A DNA stretch of 64,000 bases from assembly GCA_000708835.1 (NCBI GenBank), contig DF237132.1:93424-157423 (forward strand). The letters run 5' to 3'. The position numbers and the translations under genes were made by a program. The notes under the pieces were generated by a model that saw nothing but the letters and a program-made list of their open reading frames with translations, was not told the origin of the DNA and ran no database searches. Positions within the stretch are counted from its first letter, which is position 1. The number at the start of each line of letters is the position of its first letter. This stretch comes from Klebsormidium nitens. Lineage: Eukaryota; Plantae; Klebsormidiophyceae. This document shows positions 24,458 through 36,792 of this stretch, piece after piece.

Positions 24458-27400
24458 CTAATCAATTCCCTCGACTCGTTTGTCTTGTAGTAGCGTGAAA
24501 AAGGAGCGCATAATGCCGTTGCTGAAGCGTAGCTTTAAGTAAAACCGTCCATCAGTACTCGTCTCGACAAGGAGCCCGTTTTTAAGGAGCAGCTCGACCG
24601 TCAGATCATGGGGCTGCGTGCGCGCGAGCACTTCTGTTACTTGATCGGGCGCCAGGCAACCGTTTGGCTGCAGATCCATTTCGCGTGCCAGCTCCAGTAG
24701 GGCCTTCGCTTCCTGAAGGCAAGAGACTCACAGAGTGGTCCTTTAGGAGACGCTTACAAACGTCGGTGAAAATGATCTTCCGCAAGCTATAAGAATCCGA
24801 GTCGACTCGGCTGGTTTCGTTTCGAAGGCAGCAAATGTCCAGCTTTCAGAAGGAAGCCGCGCCGTTGATCCAGTCTGATATTCAGAAAATCCGACAATTG
24901 ACAGCCTAAATATATGGAAATGACACGGATACGTTGCACCCGCCCTTGGCATCATCGAGGTTTAAGTTGGCTAACTTCCGAAGCCAAAGGCATCCAGCCT
25001 TTTGAACCTCACTCATTTGTACTCCGTCAAGGTCAGTTGTAGGGCGGAGGCAAAGCCGATAACCTTACCTTGCTCCCATCTTCGAAGGTCAAGGGTAGCT
25101 CTCCCGGCTTGATCGGCCCGTCTGGAACCTTCTCCCTCCAATATGCGCCCACAGTTTCGCAGCGTCGCGCTCCCTCGTCGAGAACAAACTCGATGACACC
25201 TGTACAAGGAAAACGGAACGCCAGTCGTGCCCAGACAGGGAAAGCAGCAATAGGTATTCAATCCGCATCTGATTGGTGCGACTAAGCCAGTGGTTTGATT
25301 GGCATGCCATTCTATGGACCACACAAATCAAAGAATGAAGCCTCTCATCGAAAGAAGTATACGAACCCCGGGAAAGCCGGGATGGCTAAGCGGAGGACGT
25401 CAGAAGTCCAGACACTTTTCATCAGTCTGCCAACAAGAAGGACCACGTGTCAAGAAAAAGAGGACCACATTATGGGCTCCTAAGAAGGTTAGAGAAGGCC
25501 CGCGTTTCTCGAAGTCGGGGCTCCCGGTGAAGCCTGCAAGGGTCCGTAAGCTATCCGCCAGGGTTTGGAGGTTTCCGCCGAGGAAGCGCGCGGCGAACGC
25601 GGCCTCGCGCGCCCTGAGCGTCGGCTGCAGGAAGCGCGCGACTTCGGACGGGGAAGCCTCTTCGACCTCGAGAGCGATTTCGTCGCAGAGGTAGCGCCTG
25701 ACGTCTGTAAGGATACAGTTTGTCTTTTGGTTTCAAGTGAATTTCAGTTGTAAACAAGAGCTGAACACCCGACCGCCACGAATCCAACGGAGCAACCTCC
25801 GATCGAGCGGCGCAGGCACAGCCACAGGACGCGATACAGCGCCGCTGAGATACTCTAAAGATGAAAGATCAGCTGAGACGGCCCTACTACGATGCAAAGT
25901 CAGTATTTTGGAAAAAAAAGTGCTCGTGATTGTTTCTGTAAAACTTACATATTTCCGAAACGAGGCCCAGAGCAAAGCCGTCCACTACCAAGACGACACG
26001 TGCTCGCGTGTCATTCGCCCAGCGGTCGAACGTACGCAAGAGGTCACCCGAGGTGGACTCCTTTTCGTAGAAGTCACGGCCGGAGACCGCATCTATAACG
26101 ACGACGGGAAGTTTGCCCGTCCGCTCACGGTACCGGTCGCACGCGGCTTCAAACAAGTCTTCTATTGCCCATTCGCCCCTCGCTGGAAGAGGAAAGACAG
26201 GGGTTTTTGGCCGTTAATCAGGGATAATTATGGGCTGGTTAAAGAATGATTATGTGTTCAATAACCAGACTTGGGCTATAGCTAGCGTAGGGGCAGGGTA
26301 GATTACCGCATGTCTCCAATGACCTGAGACTAAGTCTCGTTTTTAGCCAGGTTAGCAGCCAAAACTTTTTCCTTAATAGGGTTGAGATAGAATAGCTTGC
26401 AAGAAACGGTTTCAGAGAGCAGCACTATGGGATTCTCTGAAAGCACGTCTTTGGGAAAAGGGAGGTCCACGGTCCAAGATGACGTACCAATATTCGGAAC
26501 CCAGTAGATCTTGATTGATAAAGCGTCCTTTACAACCAACTCCAAACTTTTGTTCCGACTGTTTTTCGGCGCTATCCTCTTTACCTTTGAAAAGTGTGAC
26601 ACCGAAATCGTCCTCGAAATGTCTGAAGAGGTTGCCAAGAATGTTCTGCTTAATCATTATTAAGGCGAAAAATCAAGTTAGAGTGACTCATTGCGCGACG
26701 CCGGCAGGCCCTACCTTGCAAGCGCGCCGCTAGGAAGTCGTTGCCAAATTTGTCGCGTCTGATGAGGGCTCTCGCAAAACGACCCCAGAAATCGTCCACC
26801 GTCTTCACCTTATCAACATAGATGACCCCGTCCAAATCCCCGGTCGCTTTCAGATCCAGAGTTGCCTGCCGCAGGAGTGTCGTCTTCCCGGTTCCTTCTG
26901 CCCCGACCACCAGCGAAAGGTCTCGCCGGGGATGCTTACTCCTGATGCCGTATTCCACGGATCGCACGAGATCCGCGGCTTTGTTCTCCAGCTCGACACG
27001 TGGCAGTCTGAGCTCTTGTTCCGGGTGAGGCGGAACGTGGCTGCCGCGGTTGAGCGTCTCGTCGAGCTACAAGTGGCGTCACGAGCGGACCCGTTGAAGA
27101 GGACTGTCATGAATGGATGCAGCCGATAAAGAGTGCTGATGCTTATGTTGAGCGGGGGCATTTTAGCGCGATTTTTCGAGGAGAATTCCTTGCTGCTGAG
27201 CTTGATATACAATGGATAGTGAGCAACGGAGATTGCAGCGTATCCAAAAGGAGACATACCGACTCAATGAAACAAAACATCAGCAGATCGAACAGTTTTT
27301 GTCTAAAGAAAGCTCTGTATATCAACCACTTCGGCTTAGGACGGCCGAGGCCTCCTCGACAAAAGGTCCACGTGAGATATGTGGTGGCGATTCACCGACA

Positions 27401-28512
27401 GCAAGTACGCCAAACCGGTGCAACATTCGACCCACTGGCCGCCTTTACCAGCGGTAGAAATACCAGCTTCTGCACGGGTCTCATGAGTTGTAGCGGCGTC
27501 CAATGGGGGACGTCCGATAACGGAGCGTCAGGAGCCAGACCCTTTGAGCTTACCTCTCTGGGCAATCGGTAGCTGACGTAAGCGTGCGTCAGCTCCACGG
27601 AGCCAACGAGGATGGTCACCACCCCGATCAAACCGCCTATAAGTAGCTGCATGAAACAAGATTCGTTTGATACCGACAACGAGAAGAATTCCGGGAGCCA
27701 AAAGCAAGTCGGATTATTTGCGTCCTGTGTGGGCGGCATGTGAACAAAAACGGTATCGAAAAGACGGATGACCTTATTGAACGCTGTGGAGGACCAGGGA
27801 ACGCTTAGAAGACTCAAGCTCATTGAACATACCGTGACTGACCCACGCGTTAAGGTTCGTAAAAGCTGGCTTGCTATCTCACACTTAATCCTCGTTAGCA
27901 CCAAAGCTGCCCATCGAGGGTCTCGGCCAGGGTAATGAAATAAATTGCCTTATTTTTTTCATCTATTTCTCCTCAGTCGCTTTCAAACGAGTCTCTAACA
28001 CGAACCAACAAGCTTAGAAGGCTGTGCCTGACAAACAAAGAAGCTGATGCTTTCATGAAGAGCTGTGTGAAGGCGACCCGTACAAGGAGATCCCCAAGTG
28101 CCTCCAATACGCTCGCGAGAAACCCCTTTATAAGAGCAGCCTTTCCAGTCCTCTCTCCAGCTTGATCAAAGCCCCTGCGTCCAGATTCCGAGCCTTTTCC
28201 CAAATTTCCATCGCCCGACTCTTGAAGAAGACGGCTTTGCTGGTGTATCAGCCTGATCGTGCTGAGGCGATGGTCTGCCCGTGCTGAATGCAGGATATTG
28301 CGTGCTGCAAAGCTACCCGCGAAGATACTGTCTGATGAAACTCTGCTCACTTTACGTACGAGCGCCGTCGAATGCAGGGCGGCGGTTGAGCTTGTTACAA
28401 GACTTCTGACTTGCTTGTCTACGTGCTTGCTTGCGGCGGAGAACGTTAACGTTAACCGTGCCTGTGCAAGTTGCCGAAGCAGGCGAGGGGCTGAGCTCGG
28501 GCGGAGGGCCAT
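24458..28512 (-). CDS. Membrane-anchored P-loop NTPase (STAND/ATPase_2-like), paralogue 1
   Basis: Exon 1 has an Arg/Ser/Ala-rich presequence (MALRPSSAPRLLRQLAQAR...). A hydrophobic exon follows (LLIGGLIGVVTILVGSVELTHAYVSYRLPRE). The NTPase exon reads LDETLNRGS...LRLPRVEL...LVVGAEGTGKTTLLRQ (Walker A). Then come KLPVVVIDA (Walker B-like), VALEV..AS..EVARFL...AFAARFLGGNLQTL, and a last exon ending MDLQPNGCLAP...VEGID*. One donor is GC instead of GT. Confidence 0.78.
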
Positions 28513-29349
28513 GCTGATAAAGAGTTTGTTCAGATGCGAAAGCGCGTCATATTTTGGAAGAGCTTGGACGAGAGCCCAATGTGAGGTGCGTCAGCTACTC
28601 ACTTCGACATTCTTAATTCAGCTCTATAGGATTATCACCTGGCACAATCTGTTCGGTCAAACTGCAAAGTGCGCGCCGGCGGATGTTGGCCGCGGCTCGG
28701 TGCGCCGGCCGCGCGGCCGCAACCAAAGTCACGCACCGCGCGCCGAGGGTTTAGCCCAGGATTTGGCCAGACTGGTACGCGGCCGCGCGCGATGGTAACG
28801 ACACGAACTGTCTGGCAACCGCGGCCGCTCGGCCTAGATGCTGACTCGGAATGGGTCTCCTCGCACAATACCGTCAGACATGCGTCCGCGCTGCGCGGTC
28901 ACTGCACTTGCCGAGGATCGTCAACGATGATATGCCCGACGCGATTGAGTGCACTCCAGCGGAACAGTCGGATATGCGTGCATCGGCTGGCAATCCACAT
29001 CGTCAGAGTACGCGACATCATGCATCTGCAGTTTTTACTTTCAGTGGAGAAAAAGCTGACTGATGATGAGCGACTAGAGTACGCCTGATAATCATAAACG
29101 ATGTATATTCGAAGCGCAGATTCGCATATCCGCGGTGTTGGCCACTGGTAAAGATTATCCAGTATAGCGACAAAAGGCCGTCCAATGAAGAATAGTTGAC
29201 GACCCTCTCACAAGGCTACCCATTGATAACTGAAGTTGCTTCGATCATCATGGATATGTGATTGAACTCACGGGTACTACGGTAAAGCCCTTCAGTGTTA
29301 CTTGTTTAAAAGGGCAGAAAATTAAATGGTTCTCTGTCCTTTTCTACAA

Positions 29350-32300
29350 CTAGTCTATTCCCTCGACTCGTTCATCTCGTAGTAGCTGGAGAAAGGAGCG
29401 CGTGATGCTGTTGCTGAAGCATAACTTTCTGTAGAACTTTCCAACGGGATACGTCTCAGAAAGGAGCCCGGATTTTAAAAGCAGCTTCACCGTCAGTCCG
29501 TGGGGCTGCGTGCGCGCGAGCACTTCTGTCACTTGACGCGGCGCCAGGCATCCCGTTGGCTGCAGATCCATTTCGCGTGCCAGCTCCAGTAGGGCCGTCG
29601 CTTCCTGAAGATAATCCACAGAGAGGTTCTTTGGGAGACAGTTACAAGTGCCTTTGGACAGAAAAAACCGGTAAGCTAGTAGACTTGAGTTGACTCAGCT
29701 GCATTGTTCATCGATATCCAAGGCAGGAACTTCAAGCTTCCAGAAAGAAGCGGCACGTTCTTTCGTTTGGCATTTAAAGGATCAGACAATGGATGCTGCA
29801 GATCTGTAAATTATCCCTGGGTTCAACAGATACGTTGCATTGGCCCTTGACAGCATTGAGATTCAAACCTTACCTTGTTCGCATCTTCGAAGGTCAAGGG
29901 CAACTCTCCCGGCTTGATCGGCCCGTCTGGAACCGTCACAGTCCACTCCGCGCCCAAAGCCCCGCAGCGTCGCACTCCCTCCTCCAGAACAAAGTTGATG
30001 ACACCTGTACAAGACAGCGGAAACCAAGTCGTGATCTAACATGAATCCGGTGATTTGGCTGATTTGGCACGCAAAGCAGTTAAGATTGATTGGCATGCCA
30101 CTTTTCATTTCTGCAGAGCGGCGAAAAGGTCAGCGAAGAGCAGATGTTGGAGACGACATCAATGATGAGAGCCTCGAGAGGCGAGGCTGAAACTATTGTT
30201 GCGGTTAAGGACGTTGAGCCTCACGCGTCTGGAAGTCGGGGCTTCCGGTGAAGCCTGCGAGAGTCCGTAAGCTATCCGCCAGGGTTTGGAGGTTTCCGCC
30301 GAGAAAGCGCGCGGCGAACGCGGCCTCGCGCTCCGTGAGTGTCGGCTGCAGGAAGCGCGCGACTTCGGGCGCAGAAGCCTCTCCGACCTCGAGAGCGACG
30401 GCTCCTTGGCAAAAGTAGTGCCTGAGGTCTGTAAATGTACAGGTTGTCCTTGATTTTACGGAAGGGATCACTTTCCGTGGGCAAAAGTAAGCTTCTTTAC
30501 CGCTGAAAACACAACTGGGAACCGGGCAGGCGCCAGTACGTTTGGGTGACTCTAGAAGCAGAAGCTTCTGAACTATGTAGCGTTTCATCAACGTGGTTGA
30601 AAGAAAGCTTGGTTCCTGAAATCCATCAAGCAAGACGAATATCTCCCCGACTTCTGACTCGGCAGAGGGTACTGACCTGCTGCGTAATGATACAGAGCGT
30701 TCAATGCGGAGCAAATGCTTCTTAATTCAAACCGTTTCCTCAAGATTATGCCTAGCAACAGCACGTACCAGACTGCTATGCTCGAAGCTCTTTTACAGAC
30801 CAACCGGGGACACGTGATCTGATCTTTAAAAGCTTGATGACTTTTCCATAAGCTTTCGAAGAGACACTCAAGCGCTCCGACTTCAACTCAGCGTTTCACA
30901 AGTGTCTGATGCACATTAACCAACGTCAGAATGCGCCAGCAGAAAGGACCGGAACTCGATCCTTCAAAAGAAAAGATTGAACCGTCTTCGGTTAGCGAGC
31001 TGTCAGCTTCTTGAACGGGGGGCTTTTCTTCCTCGCCGTAGAACTCACCTTCTCTTACAAGGTCCATAGCGAAGCCGTCCAGTACCAAGACGACCCGTGC
31101 GTACCCGTAGTTCCATTGCTCAAAAGTACGGAAGAGCTGAGACGTGGCGGCGGTGTTTTCAAAGAAGTCCCGGCTTGTGAGTGCATCGACCACGACGACC
31201 GGAAGTTTGCCCGTCCTCTTACGGTACCGAAAGCATGCACTTTGGAACGCCGCATCCACTTTGCCGCACCAGCCTGGGAGAGGACGTAGGGTTAGCGTTT
31301 TGCATGTGTTGATGTCAACGATTTCATCTCAGAAAATCAATATCCACGAGTGGCATTCTGAAAGACCATTACTAGTACAGGGAGAAATCCCTTTGGATCC
31401 GGAAAAATGACGACAAACAATTTCTTGATTCTAGTAAGCTGTTTGCAGCTGATAGAAAGTCGAGGTTGTGTGAGAAACATGCAACGGAGTGTGACCGAGT
31501 GCGACGGACCGATCGGCCCCTACCTTTCAAGCGCGCTGCTAGCATGCCGTTGTCAAGTCTCCCGCGGCCAATGAGTGCCTTTGCAAGACGATCCCAGAAG
31601 TCGTCTACTGACGTCAGGTTGTCGATATAGATGACCCCGTCCATCTCCCCGGTCGCTTTCAGATCCAGCAGCGCCTGCCGAAGGAGTGTCGTCTTCCCGG
31701 CACCCTCCGCCCCGACCACAAACGAGAGGCGCCGCCCATGATTGTACAGGGGTGCCACGGCCCGCACGAGGTCCGCGGCTTCCTTCTTTAGCTCGACACG
31801 TGGCATTCGGAGCTGTTCTTCTTGGAAAGGCGCGACCTGGCTGCCGCGATCGAAGGTCTTGTCGATCTGCACGTGGCGTCACAAGCGTCCGCCCCGTCGA
31901 AGGAGCCCGAAGAAGGAGAGAATGAAGAATCTAGTGCGTGTATAGGTTGAGCGGTGCTTCAGCGCGTTTGAGAGAAACTTCTAGCGAACTGCTGGGCTTC
32001 TAAATTGCAAACGAGCGGCCCCGAGAGTTTGCTCGTGATGGACTGAGACTGTCAGCTCATTGGATCAGGGACAAATTGAGCGCTGTTCTGTATTCATTGT
32101 GGTCCTCAACCACTTCGGCTTTAGGTAGAAAAAGCCTCCTCGGCGCTTGTTTAAGTGGGTCCAGGTGAGAATAGATACTGTCGTAACACCTGAGTCAGTC
32201 TTGGATTCGAGATCCTCATTGCTGAAACCTACCTTTTGGCCGCTTCCTAAGCGGTCCGCAAACAGATAGATAGTACAGTGGGCTGTAGGAACCACTCACA

Positions 32301-33538
32301 TCATAGCACTTAGAATCGAAACTAAGTCCGGAGCTTACCTCCTTGGGCAATTGATCGCTGACATACGCTTCGGTCAGCTGTATGAAGCCGAACAAGACGC
32401 CCCCCGCCACACCACACCATACCACATAGGCCACGAGCAACTGCATTCCACAGGAGTAAGACATGAAGGTGAAAAGCTTGAATTTGAAAGCGCTCAATAA
32501 AGTGAATGGATTATTATGCGTCCTCTGTCTCTTTTTCACTGGTTGGTATTTGAACAAAGACGGCTTGAAGAGCAACGAAATTGGCAGGAAACAGCGACCG
32601 GCAGAGATGGAAGACTGGACACTAGAATTCCCCAGTTGTTTTGTCGGCTGAGACCAAGACGGACTTAAACCCCAGTGGTTCTTCCCTGTCGGTTTAAGGC
32701 CGGTCGGAGAGCTCCCATTCAAGACCGCTTTGGTCTCAAAGCAGGGGCCTGTGCCCGAAACGGCCTTAAACTCCGCGGGTTTAAGAACGCCTTGGCCTTG
32801 AAGTTTGATCTCCAACACCTTAACTTTTTTTGTAAAGCGGGCTGTGGTTTATAGTGTGGATCTCACTTTTCACTGTACATATTCAAGACCTTAGAGGGAC
32901 TGACCACATTTTAAGCCTACCAAAAGTCGGCTTGAAATCGACGAATCATCCTTTTTAGCACCGCTATATTCTCCGAGAACCTGCTTTTCGAAGCTGCGTA
33001 TTTTTCCAAACCGATCTCGACTTCTTTCAAGCACAGTTTTGGACACCAATTTAACAAGCTAGAACCCTGTGGCCAAGATTAAAAGAGCAAAAGCTCCACG
33101 AAAAAACCCTGTGGGACGGCCACCCGTGTATGACTTTACCTTTAGTATCTCCCACCCGCTTGCCATCCACTTAGGGGAAGGTTTTTCGCAATTCTGTTGA
33201 AATTCCCTGGGGCCCGGCCGGTTTGCTGCTTCTTTCACTTTCTCAACCCCAGAGCTGTCTTGAAGAAGACCGCTGCGCTGGTGGATCAGCCTGATCGTGC
33301 TGAGGCTATTGTCTGCCCGTGCTGAAAGCAGGATGTTGCGTGCTGCAAAGCTACCCGCGAAGATACTGTTCGATGAGATTTTGCTCACTTCACATACGAG
33401 CGCTGGCGAAGGCGCTGCGGTTGAGCTTGTTGCAAGATTTCTCATGACTTGCTTATCTAAGTGCTTGCTTGCGCTGAAGAATCGTGCCTGTGCAAGTTGT
33501 CGAAGCAGGCGAGGGGCTGCGTTCGGGCGGAGGGCCAT
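29350..33538 (-). CDS. Membrane-anchored P-loop NTPase (STAND/ATPase_2-like), paralogue 2
   Basis: Same exon series as paralogue 1: MALRPNAAPRLLRQLAQAR...; LLVAYVVWCGVAGGVLFGFIQLTEAYVSDQLPKE; IDKTFDRGS...LRMPRVEL...FVVGAEGAGKTTLLRQ; KLPVVVVDA; FAARFLGGNLQTL; RVINFVLEEG...LTFEDANK; EATALLELAREMDLQP...VEGID*. GT-AG sites are in compatible phases for the internal exons I checked. Confidence 0.82.
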
Positions 33539-34049
33539 GCTGATGAAGAGTTTGTTCAGATGCGAAAGCGCGAAATGTTCTTGGAAGAGCTTGAACGAGA
33601 GCCAGCCAGCTTGACCTGAATATAAGATGCGTCAGCTACTCACTTCGACATTCTTAATCCAGCTCTAGTACCTGTTCGGTCAAGGTACTGCAAAGTGCGC
33701 GCCAGCGGATGACGTTGGCCGCGGCTCGGTATGCCCGCCGCGCGGCCGCAAACTTGAGTCACGCACTGCCGAGGGTTTGGCCCAGGGTTTGGCGACACTG
33801 GTACGCGGCCGCGCGCGACGGTAACGACACGAACTGTCTGGCAACCGCTCGGCCTGTGCTGATTCATATATTGATTGCGCCGAAATGGTGTCTCAAAAGA
33901 ATTTCATGACAAGGAAGCACATTCCTGGAACGCCGCAGGTCTTGACTGTACGAATAGCCTAGCCGCCACTCAATTGAAGAGATCTTTCCAGGGCAGGTAT
34001 TGTGATCTCTCGAGATTGCCCAAGCGTGCGGCACTCTATAGACGTCACC
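33539..34049. promoter_or_regulatory. Putative bidirectional promoter/5'-UTR spacer between the divergent NTPase and NPL genes (homologues at ~28513-28845 and 37019-37492)
   Basis: About 510 bp lie between the minus-strand ATG (33538) and the plus-strand ATG (34050). It contains conserved GC-rich, partly palindromic blocks (ggccgcggctcggt..., cgcggccgcgcgcga) and gtaacgacacgaactgtctggcaac, found in all three copies. The promoter function is inferred from position. Confidence 0.5.
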
Positions 34050-34535
34050 ATGACGCTCTGGAGCGCCATCCTGAGAGCGCGCTCGCGCGCTTCTAATCGC
34101 CACGCATCTTACGAGCCGCCTGCAAGTGGTTGGTGGACCTGCGAACGTCGGCTGCACCTGACGGCCGCCACCTGTACCGCTTCCGCCGGCGCCAAGGTGC
34201 CTCCCCGGAACCGGAACCGGAGGTCGGCGGACCTCTTGGCGGAGATGCCGCTCTGCGAGCTCCAAGTTGCAGACCCGCAGAATCTCGAAAAGAAGACCGG
34301 CAAGAGCTCTCAAAAGGACCATGTTTTATCTACCGAGCCAGAGGACGAGTTTCTGACGGTGTGTCTCTTGGGGGAAGGGCGGACTTCCTGCCAGCCGAAC
34401 CTGTTCTGCGGACCCGGAAGCAAGTTCCGCGTCGTTTCGTCGGACGATCAGGACCCGGTTCAAGATTACGACGTCCATATAGTCGGACATGAGCTCGCAG
34501 TTAGCCACGTGAAGTATAACAGCGCCCCGCTCTAA
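34050..34535 (+). CDS. Stand-alone nucleoplasmin-like (NPL) domain protein, copy 1 (161 aa, single coding exon)
   Basis: MTLWSAIL...RRLHLTAATC...FLTVCLLGEGRTSCQPNLFCGPGSKFRV...DVHIVGHEL follows the NPL pattern of HD-tuins/FKBP39-53 (M.FWG...LH(L/V)SQA.L...LC.L...Q..L.L.F....F......VHL.GY). Uninterrupted ATG-to-stop ORF with three paralogues nearby. Confidence 0.72.
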   Translation: MTLWSAILRARSRASNRHASYEPPASGWWTCERRLHLTAATCTASAGAKVPPRNRNRRSADLLAEMPLCELQVADPQNLEKKTGKSSQKDHVLSTEPEDEFLTVCLLGEGRTSCQPNLFCGPGSKFRVVSSDDQDPVQDYDVHIVGHELAVSHVKYNSAPL

Positions 34536-35579
34536 GAAAGAGCGTTTCACACGAAAGGCAGGTATCAGAAAATTTATCCATCCATTCTTGGAGTTTCCTT
34601 TTGGGGGTTTGAAGGTGCTCAAAGCGCGGTAGTTGTAGGGAGGCACAGAACTTCGTCACGACCGTGCATCAAGGCGGGCTGACGCACCGTCAAAAGTAGG
34701 TCAAAGGCAGAAGATTTCTGGGCTGTCCTCAAGTTTCAGGCAAAGGGAGGCTCAACGAGGTATCCAAGGACAGCGCTTTTTGAAAAAGTGTTACGCAGGG
34801 CGAGATCGCAAGGCCAATGACAAATGGAACGTCGTGCCTATTGCTAACCTGACGTGTGCTTCTTATGCAGGCGGATCTAGAGGGGATATGAAAGGCTAGA
34901 GCTCACAGGATGTCTCGATCTTCATTTGATCTGCTACTATCATGTAATGAGTTTTTGCAGCTAAACTTGGAGGCTTGCCGGCGGATGCCACTTGCCAATG
35001 CGCGGCGGCATCAAGTCATGCTCCGCAGAGAGTTTAGGTTTTGGCCGGCACGAACCGGCGGCCGTTTACGCTTTGGCCTTGTGACAAAGCGGTATCTCGG
35101 ATGGGAGTTATAAGTGGTCGTGATTCCAGGTCCATTTGCCAGCTTGCCAGATATTTGAAAGTGCCCGGGAAACGGGTGGGAATGTGTTGGGGTTTGATGA
35201 CAGTCTGCATGAGATACAAAAGTTACGTTGTTGTCCCGCGATTCGTTTCTAGTCACATCGTTGACACGTGACAGGCCTAGAAAGACAGTCCTTCGAAGTT
35301 TTGTGCTTCGACTCCTGGTCACATCTTCCAAACTTGACAGACAGCTCTCATTCTTTTCGCGTCCCACTCTAGTCACATCACCAAAAGTTAGACACTATTG
35401 GACAGACAGCCTCCAACAACTACGGATCGCAGTTTTCAGCGACGTTCAAAGGAGTTGTGCTTAAAGGGCTGACGTCTGCAAAAGGGTTCGTTACCTAGCT
35501 GCCACCCGACTGCAGCCAACTCTCCAGGGCAGGTTGCTATTCTTCATCATTCTTACTCTTTCATTGTACTCAAAGAACC

Positions 35580-36047
35580 ATGACGCTCTGGGGCGCCATT
35601 CTAAAAGCGCGCTCTCGCGCCTCAAACCGCCATACTTCTTATGCGCCTGGATGGTTTAACCCGGGCCGGCGACTGCACCTGACGGCCGCCACCTGTACTG
35701 TTTCCGCCGGCGCCAAGGCGTCTTCCCGGAACCGGAACATGGCGGAACTCTTGGCGGAGATGCCGCTCTGCGAGCTCCAGGTTGCAAAGCCGCAGAAGAA
35801 TAAGGCCAACAGTGTCGCTCCCAAGGACCGATTTTCATCTACAGAGCCAGAGGACGAGTTTCTGACGGTGTGTCTCTTGGGCGAAGGGCGGACTTCCTGC
35901 CAGCCGAACCTGATTTGCGGACCGGGGAGCATGTTCCGGGTGGCTTGGTTGGACGAGCAGGAGACGGGGCAAGATTACGATGTCCATATTGTGGGACACG
36001 AGCTCCAGATTAGCACCGTGAAACACAAAAGCGTTGGGCCGCTTTGA
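35580..36047 (+). CDS. Stand-alone NPL-domain protein, copy 2 (155 aa)
   Basis: MTLWGAILK...RRLHLTAATC...PLCELQV...FLTVCLLGEGRTSCQPNLICGPGSMFRV...DVHIVGHEL. The ORF is intact. Confidence 0.72.
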   Translation: MTLWGAILKARSRASNRHTSYAPGWFNPGRRLHLTAATCTVSAGAKASSRNRNMAELLAEMPLCELQVAKPQKNKANSVAPKDRFSSTEPEDEFLTVCLLGEGRTSCQPNLICGPGSMFRVAWLDEQETGQDYDVHIVGHELQISTVKHKSVGPL

Positions 36048-36792
36048 ACGAGCGTTACAGGAAAGAAAGGTGGGTACTGACACACGTAGCCGTTTGATCT
36101 GGTGCTCCGGATTCCTGAAGATGCGCGTTGCTGTTGCAAGAAATACAGAGCGGAAAAGTCTTTGACATTAAGACTGGCTGATCCACCTTAGAGCTTTTTT
36201 TTAGGGTGGAGTGAGTTTCTCAAACGTCGATTGAAAGCAGGATATGCTGGGCTGTTTCAATTTGCCCCTTGGGAAACGCTGACGCAAATAGCGCTAAACA
36301 ACAGAACACTTTGTAACGTCCGGGCCGTGCCTGGGTCGAAGTGCAAGCCGACGACGTCAAGAGTCCTGCCTTTTGCTGACGTGTTGTGTTCTTCATGCAG
36401 GCAGCCCTTGAGTTGCTGGAGCGCACCGAATGCCTCAATTCGCGTATGCCCATAAACAGAAATGCCAAAGGGCGATAATTGTCATGGTGACACGCTGCTC
36501 TGCTGTGGGCGATAAAGCAAAGATCTTAAATAACACTATCTCAATGTTTGATCTGCGAGTTTCCTGTGATGTTGAAGAAAGAGAACAAGCTGGTCTCTGA
36601 AGGGATGCCTTGTCTTTACGTCCACAATACATTCAGCTGGCCGCCTTCTTCCACCACTGGCAGTCCCCCGGCTTTTACCGTCGTAGATTATTGCGTTGTG
36701 ATGCCATACTGAATTTGAAATCATGATCGATTGCCACGCGTCGCCTATGCAACCTCGAGTATCTGCATGACCGCTGCATGCGTGATTGAATC

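Larger units (their letters stand above)
23955..33860. repeat. Tandem segmental duplication, two units of about 4.9 kb (~23955-28845 and ~28870-33860), each carrying one P-loop NTPase gene
   Basis: Both coding and non-coding blocks align by eye. Examples: ccgtcatacatgc..cgctgcgcggt..actgcacttgcc at ~23955 and ~28870; gaagcgcagat(t)cgcatatccgc at ~24220 and ~29110; gtaacgacacgaactgtctggcaaccgc at ~28795 and ~33822. Confidence 0.9.

Noticed and set aside
24458-33538. Calling the P-loop genes NLR/NB-ARC resistance genes
   Set aside because: There are no TIR, CC or LRR domains and no recognisable RNBS, GLPL or MHD motifs. Only general STAND-like features are supportable.
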